A stretch of DNA of 48,082 bases from Balanoglossus misakiensis (Eukaryota; Animalia; Hemichordata): positions 1 through 48,082 of the forward strand of contig JBECUI020000059.1 of NCBI GenBank assembly GCA_040954595.2. Direction: 5' to 3'. A program made the position numbers and the translations under genes. Below the pieces are notes generated by a model. The model made no database searches and was not told where the DNA came from. It saw only the letters and a program-made list of their open reading frames with translations. Below are positions 20,943 through 32,166 of the stretch, piece by piece. Positions within the stretch are counted from its first letter, which is position 1; every line of letters starts with the position of its first letter.

Positions 20943-21573
20943 ACTTCAATATTGACCGCGCCGCCCGGCTTTGATTTGGCTCCGGCTGCTGGCTCATGAT
21001 CGGCATTTTGAGCCGCCGCGCCAGAGCTTACCGCTACCATGGCTGCGCGCAAAACCCGCCCCTTTAACTGCCAGCCAGACTGAAAAATATCGGCGATCGT
21101 CCCTTCAGGAAAAACAGACGAAATACGGCTGACCGCCTGATGTTTGGTCGGATCAAACACCATCCCCGGATCGGTTTTTATTGACTCTATACCGTGCCGA
21201 TCCAGAGCTTTGTGTAGCTCCTTGCAAGTCATTTCGACCCCCTCCAGCAACCGAGCTTCATTTTCGGGCAAGCTCTCCCGATCCTGCCCTGAACCACGTC
21301 GAGCGCTCGAATCAAATTGTCCGATACCGGCAACAAATCTCGCGCCAAAGCCTCCACTGCATATTGCCTGGCCTCCTGGATCTGCCGCTCGGAGCGCTTG
21401 CGGACATTCTCCGCTTCGGCCAGTGCTCGCAATAATCTCGCTTCCATCTCCTCCAGTTCGGGAGCCGCGCTGGCCGCCGCTTCCAGATCTGCCGCCTTGC
21501 CTTCTCCTGTCACGCCCGGCGACTCAGAGTCCGGAGATTCGCCGCTTCCGGAATCATTCATATTGTCACTCAT
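20939..21573 (-). CDS. grpE: Nucleotide exchange factor GrpE (frameshift at ~21288)
   Basis: LLRALAEAENVRKR, DLLPVSDNL, FDPTKHQAV, GRVLRAAMVAVS. Has CCC where the duplicated copies have CCCC. Confidence 0.92.
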
Positions 21574-21577
21574 AAGG

Positions 21578-22659
21578 CTATTCCTCCTGACGATTGCTGC
21601 TCAGTCCCGATACCGCGCCTATCAGACGCCCCAGAGAATGAGCCGTATAACTGACTACCGGAATTACCCGGGCATAATTGATCCGAGTCGGACCAATAAC
21701 TCCCAATGCTCCCACAACCTTGCGATGCGCATCAACATAAGGTGCCAAAATCATGCTCGAACCAGAAAGGCTGAATAAGGGATTCTCCGCACCAATGAAC
21801 ATGCGCACTCCATCGGCCTCGCGGGCGATATCCAAGACATCCATCAGAGTCTGTTGCGCTCAAGCTCGTCAAATAACTCCCTGACCCGACGCAGATCACT
21901 TCGAGCCGTTTCCGGCTCCAGCAAATTAGCCCTGCCTCTGATAATCAGGGAACGACCACGATCAGCGCACTCCCCAGACCACAAGGCCAAACCGCTTTTT
22001 ACGAGAATCGCCGCCGCCGCGTCAAGATCAGCTCGCTGCTGCTTGAGCTCCTGCCGAATCAGCTCCAAAGACTCCTCCAAAGACTGGCCGCGCATCCGCG
22101 CATTGAGATAATACCCGCCTCAATCAAAGCCGAACCAGGAAGACCAGGCGGAATCTTCAATAATCTGTTCTCAACATCATTGTCCGCAGTCACTATTATC
22201 GCCAGAGCCTGATCAGACGAAATACAGACAAACTCCACATGCCGAATCGCTACCTCGCGCTTGGGACTCGCCACCAGACCCGCACAGCCGGAAAGTCCCG
22301 ATAATAGCTCCGACGCCTTGGCCATAAGCTCGCTATCGCTGCTACAATGCTTCAAATTGCTGATCGATCTCACGCTTGCCATTTTCGCCAAGCTCCTCGG
22401 TCTGAAGCAGCCCATCGACAAAAACACGCAAACCAGCATGAGTAGGCGCTCGACCAGAACTGGCATGGGGCGCGTCCAGCAAGCCCATATCGCATAAATC
22501 TGACATGACATTGCGAATAGATGCCGGAGATAAGGCTATGCCTCGACGCGAAATCTTGCGCGAGCCAACCGGCTCACCCGTCTCCAGATATGCCTTGACG
22601 ATCTCGCCAAAAATAGCACGAGTCCGGCTGTCCATAACTGGCAGTTGAGATGAAAACAT
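21578..22659 (-). CDS. hrcA: Heat-inducible transcription repressor HrcA (several frameshifts)
   Basis: [43 protein letters not shown] spread over four ORF fragments; upstream of grpE. Confidence 0.9.
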
Positions 22660-22817
22660 GAGGCAAATTCTAATCCCAATCAAACGATTCTGGCAATGCG
22701 CAAAATCAATACAAAATTTACTATGAATCTGTGGCTCGCAGCATAGTCTTGTGCTAATATGCACAATAGCATAACGCTATCAAAACGCCAAAAATATGGC
22801 AAAACAAGGTTGAAACA

Positions 22818-22958
22818 ATGTCAGCCAAAACCATTCCGAACCGGTTTGTCAAAGCAAATCCGGAACAGGTGACACAGCGATTACAGGCCGTAACCATCAT
22901 TGCCTGTGTCTTGCTAGGAGCACTGTTCGGACTAGGAGCCATGATCGCCATAAGCTGA
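22818..22958 (+). CDS. 46-aa single-pass membrane protein (below the ORF-track cutoff)
   Basis: MSAKTIPNRFVKANPEQVTQRLQAVTIIACVLLGALFGLGAMIAIS; AAGGT upstream; hydrophobic C-terminal helix. Confidence 0.45.
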   Translation: MSAKTIPNRFVKANPEQVTQRLQAVTIIACVLLGALFGLGAMIAIS

Positions 22959-23013
22959 TCTGGCCAGGCAAAGCGCATTCAACAGAGCAATTAACTTGCG
23001 CTGGCACCAAAGC

Positions 23014-23442
23014 TCATTCGGGCAATACCCGGTGCGGGGTGAAGTTTTTTACCCAGTCAAGATCTGGCCATCTGTCAAGAGGGCAGGGGCGAGTGCAAGA
23101 CGGGTATTTATTGTGCCAACATAGCGCCGGAGGCTCTTCTACCCGATCAGTCCCATATAACTCCACCAGAAGATATGGAACATATAGCCCTAGATCCTGT
23201 TTTTTCTTGTCCAAGATACGGGGCTGTCTGCCAATCTTCTCCAAAGCATCTTTTCCGATAGCTTGCAGAACTGCCAAAGTAAATTCATCGCCGTCCGGAT
23301 ATTTGGCAAAATAATCCTCAATCGCTGGTTTCGCTTTTTTGGAAAGTGGCCAGAGATATTTGGTACGACCTTCAATCCTGTTTATGCTCTCCTGGCTGTC
23401 ATATGGATATTTGCTCTGCTTGATCCACTCTTTAGCAGCCAT
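23014..23442 (-). CDS. Hypothetical protein, 142 aa
   Basis: ATG preceded by a purine-rich RBS, protein-like composition, fills the gap; no family recognised. Confidence 0.65.
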   Translation of the reverse strand: MAAKEWIKQSKYPYDSQESINRIEGRTKYLWPLSKKAKPAIEDYFAKYPDGDEFTLAVLQAIGKDALEKIGRQPRILDKKKQDLGLYVPYLLVELYGTDRVEEPPALCWHNKYPSCTRPCPLDRWPDLDWVKNFTPHRVLPE

Positions 23443-23552
23443 CCCCTAAACACAGCCTCCTTTGCCCGGTTTCCCTCTCCAGCTTTCCTGTGCCGGATCG
23501 GGTACTGTCGTTTCTTTAGAGCAAGCTCAGAAACGACAGGACAAGCGCATGA

Positions 23553-25351
23553 TTAGCTGGCATTGCCAGGTGCTTCCGGCGCCATACCCTCATCGGCCAG
23601 CCCATGAGTCTTGCGAGTGCCAGCGACCCGAATATCCTCGACCAGATCCTGAATATCTTGCGGCGGCGGCGGCGTTAGCAAAGCTACCACTATCCCGACC
23701 GCCAAGCCAGCCACATAAAGACGAAGCCGATTCCTTCAGGAGAGACACCAAACAGCCATTTATTCGGATCCGGATCGACGAATTTGAACCAGTAAATATA
23801 GCTAAATGTGGTGATAAGACCGGTCAACATGGCCGCTATGGCTCCTTCGCGGTTCATTCTCTTCCAGAAGATTCCAGTCAGAATAACCGGAAAGAGCGAG
23901 GCCGCTGCCAATCCGAAAGCAAAGGCTACGACTTGAGCAACAAAACCTAGCTTGGACGAGAATATTCCCAGCAAACCAGCCGTTAACACGGCTCCTGCCG
24001 CTGAGAAACGAGCTATATACAACTCATCCTTATCATTCATTTGCGGGAACAGGGTGCGTCGGCACAGATCATGACTGACGCCGAGGAGATAACCATCAGC
24101 AGTCCCGCCGCCGTGGACAAGGCAGCAGCAAGCCCTCCGGCTACAACAAGGCCGATAACCCATGCCGGCAATCTGGCGATCTGCGGATTGGCCAGCACAA
24201 AGATGTCGCGGTTTGGCACGACTTCATTGGCAATGCCGTCCTTGGCCTTTGGCCCACGATATTGCATTATGCCGTCATTATTCTTGTCATCGAATTTCAC
24301 CAGTCCGGTTTTTTCCCCAACTCTTGTACCATTCCGGGACTGGCTTGCCGCCGCTCGCCGAGATGGCTTGGGCCGCGAAGCATAATCCTCGTCATCGGAG
24401 ATATAGGTGGCATCATTGACCGTATTGATGAAATTCAGTCTGGCAAAGGCTCCGACTGCGGGCGCGGTAGTATAGAGTATGGCGATGAAAACCAGCGCCC
24501 ATCCGGCCGAATAACGCGCGGCCTTGGCGCTCGGCACGGTGAAGAAGCGGATGATTACATGCGGTAGCCCGGCAGTTCCGACCATCAAGGCTCCGGTGAT
24601 GGCGAACACATCGATCATACTCTTGTTGCTAGAAGTATATTCGAGGAAACCCAGATCCGTTACTACACGGTTCAGCTTTTCGAGCATGGCTACATCTTCT
24701 CCGCGCACATTGGAGATGAAGCCAAGCTGCGGAACAACATTGCCGGTAATGATGAAAGAGATGAAAATCGCCGGCACCGTATAGGCGAAGATCAAGACGC
24801 AATATTGCGCTACCTGCGTATAGGTGATCCCCTTCATCCCGCCAAGCACAGCGTAGAAAAACACCACCACCATGCCAATACCAATGCCAAGCTGGAACGG
24901 AATGCCCAAAAAGCCGGAGAAAGCTACTCCGACGCCTTTCATTTGTCCGGCAATATAGGTGAAGGAGACGAACAGGGCGCAGACTACCGCTACCACGCGC
25001 GCAAATTGCGAATAATAGCGGTCGCCGACAAAGTCGGGCACGGTGAATTTGCCGAATTCTCGCAAAAAGGGAGCCAGCAACAAGGCCAGCAACACATAGC
25101 CTCCGGTCCAGCCCATCAGATAGACCGATCCGCCATAGCCCAAAAACGCAATCAGCCCGGCCATGGACAAAAATGAAGCCGCCGACATCCAGTCCGCGGC
25201 TGTAGCCATCCCGTTGATTACCGGGGGAACGTGGCGGCCAGCCACGTAAAAATCACTGGTAGAGCCAGCTCGCGACTTGATAGCTATATAAATATAGAGA
25301 CCAAATGTGACTATTACGAAAAAAATAAGTCCAAAATGTCTGACTCACCAC
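23553..25351 (-). CDS. Sodium:solute symporter, ActP/VC_2705-like (frameshifted)
   Basis: NGMATAADWMSAASF, GGMKGITYTQVAQY, GTAGLPHVIIRFFTV, AAALSTAAGLL, FAFGLAAASLFP; pieces lie in several frames. Confidence 0.88.
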
Positions 25352-25437
25352 TCAACTCCTAACCATTAGTTTGTTCTTGCAACATATTGCCCGTGCAATA
25401 TAGCCCCACCGTTTTTTTGGATATCGCCGTTTCCTGG

Positions 25438-25730
25438 CTATTCCGACAAATTGTGCTTGCGTTCGATCTTCTCCACAAGCCGACAATAGATGAAAATCAG
25501 CGCGACAAAAACAATAAATTGCCCCTTGCTGGGCAAACCAAAATCCCAAAGGCGCTCCGCCAATAGATAATGAGTCCAGACTTTCCCGAAACAGGATGCC
25601 AAACCCAAACGAAACCAAAAACCAACACAAAGAGCAAACCGGCCGTAAGGCGAATTATCTCATTCCAATAAGCCTTGGCGCGGATTTTTCTGTCTTCTGA
25701 TTGAACCACGACGCTTTCCTCCAAACGCAT
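25438..25730 (-). CDS. DUF4212 small membrane protein (symporter partner; frameshifted)
   Basis: AYW...WFLVSFGFGIL...PLGFWFAQQGAIY; directly upstream of the symporter. Confidence 0.85.
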
Positions 25731-25933
25731 TTTTTACACATGCAGGGCACAGCTATAATAGCAAGAGCGCCAGCTTGCAATCCTTGAAGTAACAAAAAAT
25801 AACAAAAAATTACATTATCGCCGTAACCACATTGCGATAGCCGCCGAAACTGCTGTGGCTGCCAACAAAAAACCAGGGCTGCGCCAAGGCTGCAGAAGTC
25901 GCAGAAGAAGTGGCTTTGTCGGACGTTTTTGTA

Positions 25934-25964
25934 TTGACTTATGCCCGCCGAGATTGTTTATAAT
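25934..25964 (+). promoter_or_regulatory. Possible sigma70 promoter for the porin gene
   Basis: TTGACT-N19-TATAAT (spacer long). Confidence 0.35.
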
Positions 25965-26137
25965 CCGTCGAGCGCCACCGATAGTGCTTGGCGGATAGCC
26001 GTGGGGACAGATTGGAATTCCTTAAAGGGTGACCCCCTTCAGGAAGGCCAAAACAACAAAAATGCGATGAAACCGGAAAAAGCCTTAAGGTTTTGCCGCA
26101 AGTTTCCATTTGGCTTTGTTTTTATACAGGCTGAATA

Positions 26138-27366
26138 ATGAGGTTTGGATTTATGTATAACAGGTTACGTTTCTTGATGTTGGCATGCTCAGCATCCTTG
26201 GCAGGAGCGCCAGTTTTGGCGGATGATCATGGCTTTTCAATCGGAGGAACAGAGTTCAAGCTTGGTGGTTTCATTGATTTTGATGCTCATATTACCGGCT
26301 TTGATTCCGGCACGATAGGTGGCACCTCTCTGGGCAGAGACATGTATGTAGGTGCCTTGACCCCGGTCGGGCCAGACAATAATAATGTGATGACAGACTT
26401 TACCGCTCAAGCGTCACGGGTTTTCGTCACGGCTTCTCGCAAGGTCGGCGACACCAAGCTTTCCGGCAAGATCGAGATCGACTTTTTGGGATCGGCGCAA
26501 GGCAATGAGCGGGTGAGCAATAGTTATTCTCCGCGTCTGCGCCATGCCGTTGCCAGCATTGGCGGTCTGACCGTGGGACAAACCTGGAGCACATTTCAGA
26601 ACACTTCTGCCATTCCGGAAAGCGCAACCTTTCTGGCTTTGTCGGATGGCATGATCTTCATCCGGCAGCCGGTGGTCAGCTACAAGATAGCCGGCTTTCA
26701 ACTGGCACTGGAAAACGACTGACCAATGTAACGCAGGCCGATGGATCCAGACTGGTCGCAGACAATCAATATATACCCGATGTGATTGCTCGCTATAATC
26801 TTAAAGGCGATTTTGGCATTGTGTCGGTAGCCGGTATAGTTCGTCCGCTCCGGGCGAATATCGGCGGTAATGACAAGGAAGCTGTCGGATATGGAGGCAG
26901 TATCTCTGGAAGGGTGAATATTGGCAAAAGCGATGTCCGCTTCAGCTTCACCGGAGGGCAGGGGCTTGGTCGCTATATCGGGCTTAATGCTGTAAACAGC
27001 GCCACCGTCAAGGCCGATGACAGCCTGCTTCCGGTCACATCTTATGGCGGGCTGGTAGCTTTTCGCCAACCGCTCACCTTTATTCACAAGACTGCTCGGG
27101 CTAATCTTGGCTATTCGTTCCTCATGGCCGATTATAGCGATGACAGCAGTTTAGATGCCGGTGTGACTGCAACCCGCTTCTTGCAAAGCGGCTATGTTGC
27201 CCTTCTTTATGATCCGTTCCCGAAATTCACCGTAGGCCTTGAAACGATACTCAGCTACAGGACTTCCGATGATGATCCGATAGTGGCAGGTGCAACGCTT
27301 GAAGATGATCCGGCTTTGGACGGCATGATGTGGCGGGTCAGCATGTCGGCCAAATACAGCTTCTGA
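26138..27366 (+). CDS. DcaP-family outer membrane porin (one frameshift at ~26718)
   Basis: Signal peptide, KIEIDF, PRLRHA, GQTWSTF, GQGLGRY, terminal KYSF. Confidence 0.85.
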
Positions 27367-27397
27367 CAGGCTGCAAAGCCCAAGGCACAGGCTATTG

Positions 27398-27455
27398 AAG
27401 GGGTAGAGGCACGGGGCCAAGGCATAAGTCTTGACCAGTGCCTCTACCCCTTTTT
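27398..27455 (+). terminator. Rho-independent terminator after the porin gene
   Basis: 15-bp stem AAGGGGTAGAGGCAC / GTGCCTCTACCCCTT ending in a T run. Confidence 0.75.
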
Positions 27456-27529
27456 GGCTTCTGGGGCGTCCTGATTCTGGCCGTCCCTGTTTCTAGGTGG
27501 AACTGTCGGCAAGGGCAGTTGAGAGGCAA

Positions 27530-28491
27530 AGCCTTGCGCTTGTCCGGCGGCGGCCCCCGGGAGCTTTCGCTTGCAACCCGCTCTTTGGTGAAATCAGGCT
27601 AGTGTCGCTGGCGCCGAGCCTTGCGCTTGTCCGGCGGCGGCCCCCGGGAGCTTTCGCTTGCAACCCGCTCTTTGGTGAAATCAGGCTAGTGTCGCTGGCG
27701 CCGAGCCTCGCGCTTGTCCGGCGGCGGCCCCCCCGGGAGCTTTTGCTTGCAACCCGCTCTTTGGTGAAATCAGGCTAGTCGCTGGCGCCGAGCCTCGCGC
27801 TTGTCCGGCGGCGGCCCCCCGGGAGCTTTTGCTTGCAACCCGCTCTTTGGTGAAATCAGGCTAGTGTCGCTGGCGCCGAGCCTTGCGCTTGTCCGGCGGC
27901 GGCCCCCCGGGAGCTTTTGCTTGCAACCCGCTCTTTGGTGAAATCAGGCTAGTGTCGCTGGCGCCGAGCCTTGCGCTTGTCCGGCGGAGGCCCCCCCGGG
28001 AGCTTTTGCTTGCAACCCGCTCTTTGGTGAAATCAGGCTAGTGTCGCTGGCGCCGAGCCTTGCGCTTGTCCGGCGGCGTCCCCTGTGAGCTTTTGCTTGC
28101 AACCCGCTCTTTGGTGAAATCAGGCTAGTCGCTGGCGCCGAGGCTTGCGCTTGTCCGGCGGCGGCCCCCGGGAGCTTTCGCTTGCAACCCGCTCTTTGGT
28201 GAAATCAGGCTAGTCGCCGGCGCCGAGCCTCGCGCTTGTCCGGCGGCGGCCCCCCCGGGAGCTTTTGCTTGCAACCCGCCCTTTGGTGAAATCAAGCTAG
28301 TTGCTGGCGCCGAGCCTTGCGCTTGTCCGGCGGCGGCCCCCCCGGGAGCTTTTGCTTGCAACCCGCCCTTGGGTGAAATCAGGCTAGTCGCTGGCACCGA
28401 GCCTCGCGCTTGTCCGGCGGCGTCCCCCGGGAGCTTTCGCTTGCAACCCGCCCTTTGGTGAAGTCAGGCTAGTTGCTCGCGCAGAGCCTTG
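27530..28491. repeat. Tandem array (period 85-89 bp) of the metE stop region; 10 extra copies
   Basis: TCA(G/A)GCTAG at 27594, 27681, 27770, 27856, 27944, 28033, 28120, 28205, 28292, 28379 and 28464 (the metE stop). Confidence 0.95.
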
Positions 28492-30742
28492 GCCGCGCTG
28501 ACCATATTGCGCAATGCCGGTATTACTTCGTCCCATTGTCTGGTTTTGAGACCGCAATCAGGATTGATCCAGAGCCGCTCGACAGGGATGCGCATGGCGG
28601 CTTTTTGCATCAGGGCAATGATATGCTCTTGCTCTGGTATGTTCGGCGAGTGAATGTCATAGACGCCCGGCCCGATTTCATTGGGATAGCTGAAATGATC
28701 GAAGGCATCGAGCAATTCCATGTCCGAACGCGAAGTCTCGATAGTGATGACATCGGCGTCCATCCGAGCAATCGCTTCGATAATATCATTGAAGCGGGAA
28801 TAGCACATATGAGTATGAATCTGGGTATGATCGGCTACGCCATTGGCAGCAATCCTGAAAGGATTCTATCGCCCAGTCGAGATAATTATTCCACTCCGAC
28901 CGGCGCAAGGGTAGCCCTTCGCGCAATGCGGCTTCGTCGATCTGGATGATTTTGGCTCCGGCCTGTTCCAGATCAAGCGTTTCAGCGCGAATGGCCAGAG
29001 CCAGTTGCTTGCAGCTAGCTTCGCGAGACTGATCATCGCGGACAATGACCAATTGAGAATGGTAACGGGTCCGGTCAGCATTCCCTTTACCGGCTTGTCG
29101 GTCAGGGATTGCGCATATGATATCCATTCAGGAGTCATGGCTGCGGACGGTGGATGTCGCCATAGATGATCGGAGGCTTGACACAGCGCGAGCCATAGGA
29201 TTGCACCCAGCCCGAACGGCTAAAGATACATCCTTGTAATTGCTCGCCGAAATATTCGACCATATCATTGCGCTCGGCTTCGCCATGGACCAGCACATCC
29301 AGTCCGATCTTTTCTTGTTGGCGCAATGCCTGTTCGATTTCCTGCCGGATTTTGGCTTGATATGTTTGCTGATCGATCTCGCCGCTTTTATACTGGCGGC
29401 GGGTCTGGCGGATGCTGGCGGTCTGGGGGAAAGAGCCGATCGTAGTGGTCGGCAATAGCGGTAAATTCAGCCGCTGTCGCTGGAGTTTTGAGCGCTGTTG
29501 ATACGGGCTTTTTCTTTCTCCTAACTCTTTGCTGATCTTGGCGGTCTTTGCCTGGATTTGCGGATTATGGACGCGGCTGGAATTGCGCCTTGCGGTCATG
29601 CTGGCAGCGTTTTGCGCTAATTGCGCGGCGACAGCGCTGCGTCCTTCGTCCAGAGCCTTTGCGATGATTTGCAATTCATCGAGCTTTTGTCTGGCAAAGG
29701 CCATCCAGTCCTTTATTTCCGGATCGAGCCGGGTTTCACTGTCCAGATCCACCGGAACATGCAAAAGGGAGCAGGAGGGAGCCAGCCAAAGCCGCTCCGA
29801 AATTTGCTCTGCTATCGGCTCTAGCAGGTTCAGGCTGTGCTCGAAATCATTCTTCCAGATATTGCGTCCATTGATATGCCAGCCGACAAGATGCTGTCTT
29901 GGGGCAGGAGGCTGGCAGCTTTGGCCAGTTCGTCTCCGGCATTGATCGCGTCGATATGGAGTCCGGACACCGGCAAAGAGCAGGCTATGAGCAGATTTTC
30001 CTGCAATGATCCAAAATAGGTGGCCAGCAGCATCTTGACATTGCTGGCAGCCCTTAGACGGGCATAGACACTGGCGAAGATTTGTTGCCATTCCTGCGTT
30101 AGTTCGGTGACGAGGATCGGCTCATCGATCTGGACCCATTTGACGCCTTGATCCTGGATCAGCTTTAGCAATTCGGCATAGGCCGGGATAAGCCGGTCCA
30201 GCAATTTCAGCTTGCCCGAGCCGTCTAAAGACTTGCCGAGCCACAAATAGCTTATTGGTCCGATAAGGGTTGGTTTGGGCTGAAATCCGGCAGTCTTGGC
30301 TTGTTTGATCTGGGCAAGCAATTGTTCCGGATCGAGGGAGAAGCTGGTATTGGCATCGAATTCCGGCACGATATAGTGATAATTGGAGTCGAACCATTTT
30401 TTCATATCGCCGGCGCGGACACAATTTTTGTCGGGATCATTGGCCGAGCGGCCTCTGGCCAGCCGAAAATAGCTGTCTTGCTGATTGCCGTCGATCTTGC
30501 GGATCCGTTCGGGGATATTGCCGAGGGTGAAGCTCATATCCAGCACATGATCATAGAGCGAGAAGTCTCCGACCGGGACAAAATCCAGTCCGGACTGGAT
30601 TTGCAATTGGCCAGCCGCAATTCTGAGGCGGTATCCTGTAAATGCCGGGCATCGAGATTCCCTTCCAGAATTTCTCCAGAGCGAATTTCAATTCACGTTT
30701 GGCACCGATGCGCGGAAAACCAGGATTATGCGTTACTGTCAT
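28464..30742 (-). CDS. metE: Cobalamin-independent methionine synthase (at least 5 frameshifts)
   Basis: [66 protein letters not shown]. Confidence 0.92.
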
Positions 30743-30824
30743 TGTCGAACCTTTCACCTTGTCCAGATGTTTATGCCGTATCATGCCGGATTGAGACAAT
30801 AGCCGACAAGAGCCAGCTTATGCT

Positions 30825-32166
30825 TTATTGCTCTTTGGCGAGCGTTTCTGCTACCGGATCGAGCAGCAAGGCTTCGGCCCGCTCGCGATGCAGGGGCGTG
30901 GCGAAGCCGATATTGTCGCTGGCATGGTCTCTGATCAGCACAGGGGTGCTCCGGCGAGCCATTTTGGCCAGTCGGCCAGTGCTGCTCCCGAGGCCGGTAT
31001 GGCCAGAGCCGCAGCGCAATGGCATGGCAATGGCCTCAAGGCCTTGAAATCGCGCCGCATCGGTGCCGAGAATAAGCCCGGGAGCGGCTCCCTCCTGCCG
31101 GTGAATGGCAAAGCGGCGATCCCAGATCAGGCTGGTTGCCGTCTGGACATTCAGTCTTTGGGCTGGTCTGGCGGTTCCGGTTTTTGGCGCCTCCTTCGGG
31201 AGCAGCGGCAATTCCTGCCCCTTCCGGATCCATGATCAGCCATGCTCCGGCCAGCGAAGCCGGGGATGCGGCATTGTCCAGTCGGGCGCAGGCGGCAAGG
31301 CAATCATGCCGCCGGACCAATTTTTCTCGTCCGGAGACGGCCATGATCAGCACTTGCACAAGCGTGCTCGCAAATTGGTGTCCATGCTCTGCCATTTGCC
31401 CATGCGGACCCTTGCCGAACCATCGACAAACCACAGCACATATTCTGATATTATGCTCCTTAGTTCGGCCATTGTCGCGGCGCGTAATTGCAGCAGAACC
31501 CGCCACAGCGACAAGGCTCGACAACGCCCTTCGGGCGATATGGTGGCGATTTGCGCCCTTATTCTGGCTCGTCCTGTTCGCATGTCCAGATTGGACGGGT
31601 CGTTGCACCATTTGATCTGGCGCATTTGCAGCCAGCCAGCCAGTTCGCTCCGGCTTAGGCCGAGCAGGGGACGAAATCAGCCGCAAGCTCCGTCCTTCCG
31701 GCCAGACCGGCGAGCACGAAGCCGGTTGCGGAGCCGCCAGACCATACCAGCCAGAGCCAGAACCAAGCCGCATCGACATGGTTTCCAGGCCGATCATCGG
31801 CGGTGTGTCCCAGAGCCAGAACCGACAAGGATTGCTCCTGCGCCCATTGCGCCAGCATTGCGTGTCTGTCCCGGCGTAGTCCCACCGGTAATGAGGAGGC
31901 TCCATCCAGCAATAATATGTCGCAGGAAAGAGCCAGCTCTTGCGCCATGGTCCGGACCAGATCGGTCTCGGCGGCAGCTTCCGGACGCAGCCCGTGATCT
32001 ATCGACACGACCCGAACATTAACGCCTCGCTGTTCGGCCCAGCTATGGTCAAGAGCAGCAATGCCAGCGAATCCGAACCGCCAGATACCGCCAGACCAAC
32101 AGCCTTGCTCGATCTGGCCAGCAAATCCAGCGCCAGATGACAGCTATGCTCGATATTGTCCGGCAT
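30825..32166 (-). CDS. tilS: tRNA(Ile)-lysidine synthase (multiple frameshifts)
   Basis: AVSGGSDS, IDHGLR, LGHTADD, ETMSMRL, WDRRF in different frames; TAATG coupling to the upstream gene. Confidence 0.85.

Larger units (their letters stand above)
19727..21370. repeat. Tandem duplications of the phhB/grpE convergent junction: three extra truncated grpE 3' copies
   Basis: grpE stop region GTCACACTTCAATATTGACC at ~19814, 20272, 20441 and 20938, each preceded by the phhB tail ATAAATGTGCCAGCAAACTTGTCGAGCAGAGCCAGTCCTGA. Confidence 0.95.

Noticed and set aside
27530-28491. CRISPR array interpretation of the regularly spaced repeats (also 5045-5552 and 38253-39478)
   Set aside because: There are no unique spacers because the whole unit repeats. 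Units derive from adjacent gene ends or sub-repeats, and no cas genes are present.
30825-32166. True pseudogenisation or programmed frameshifting of tilS, metE, hrcA and gltX
   Set aside because: Several of these genes are normally essential, and the breaks look like single-base indels typical of long-read error.
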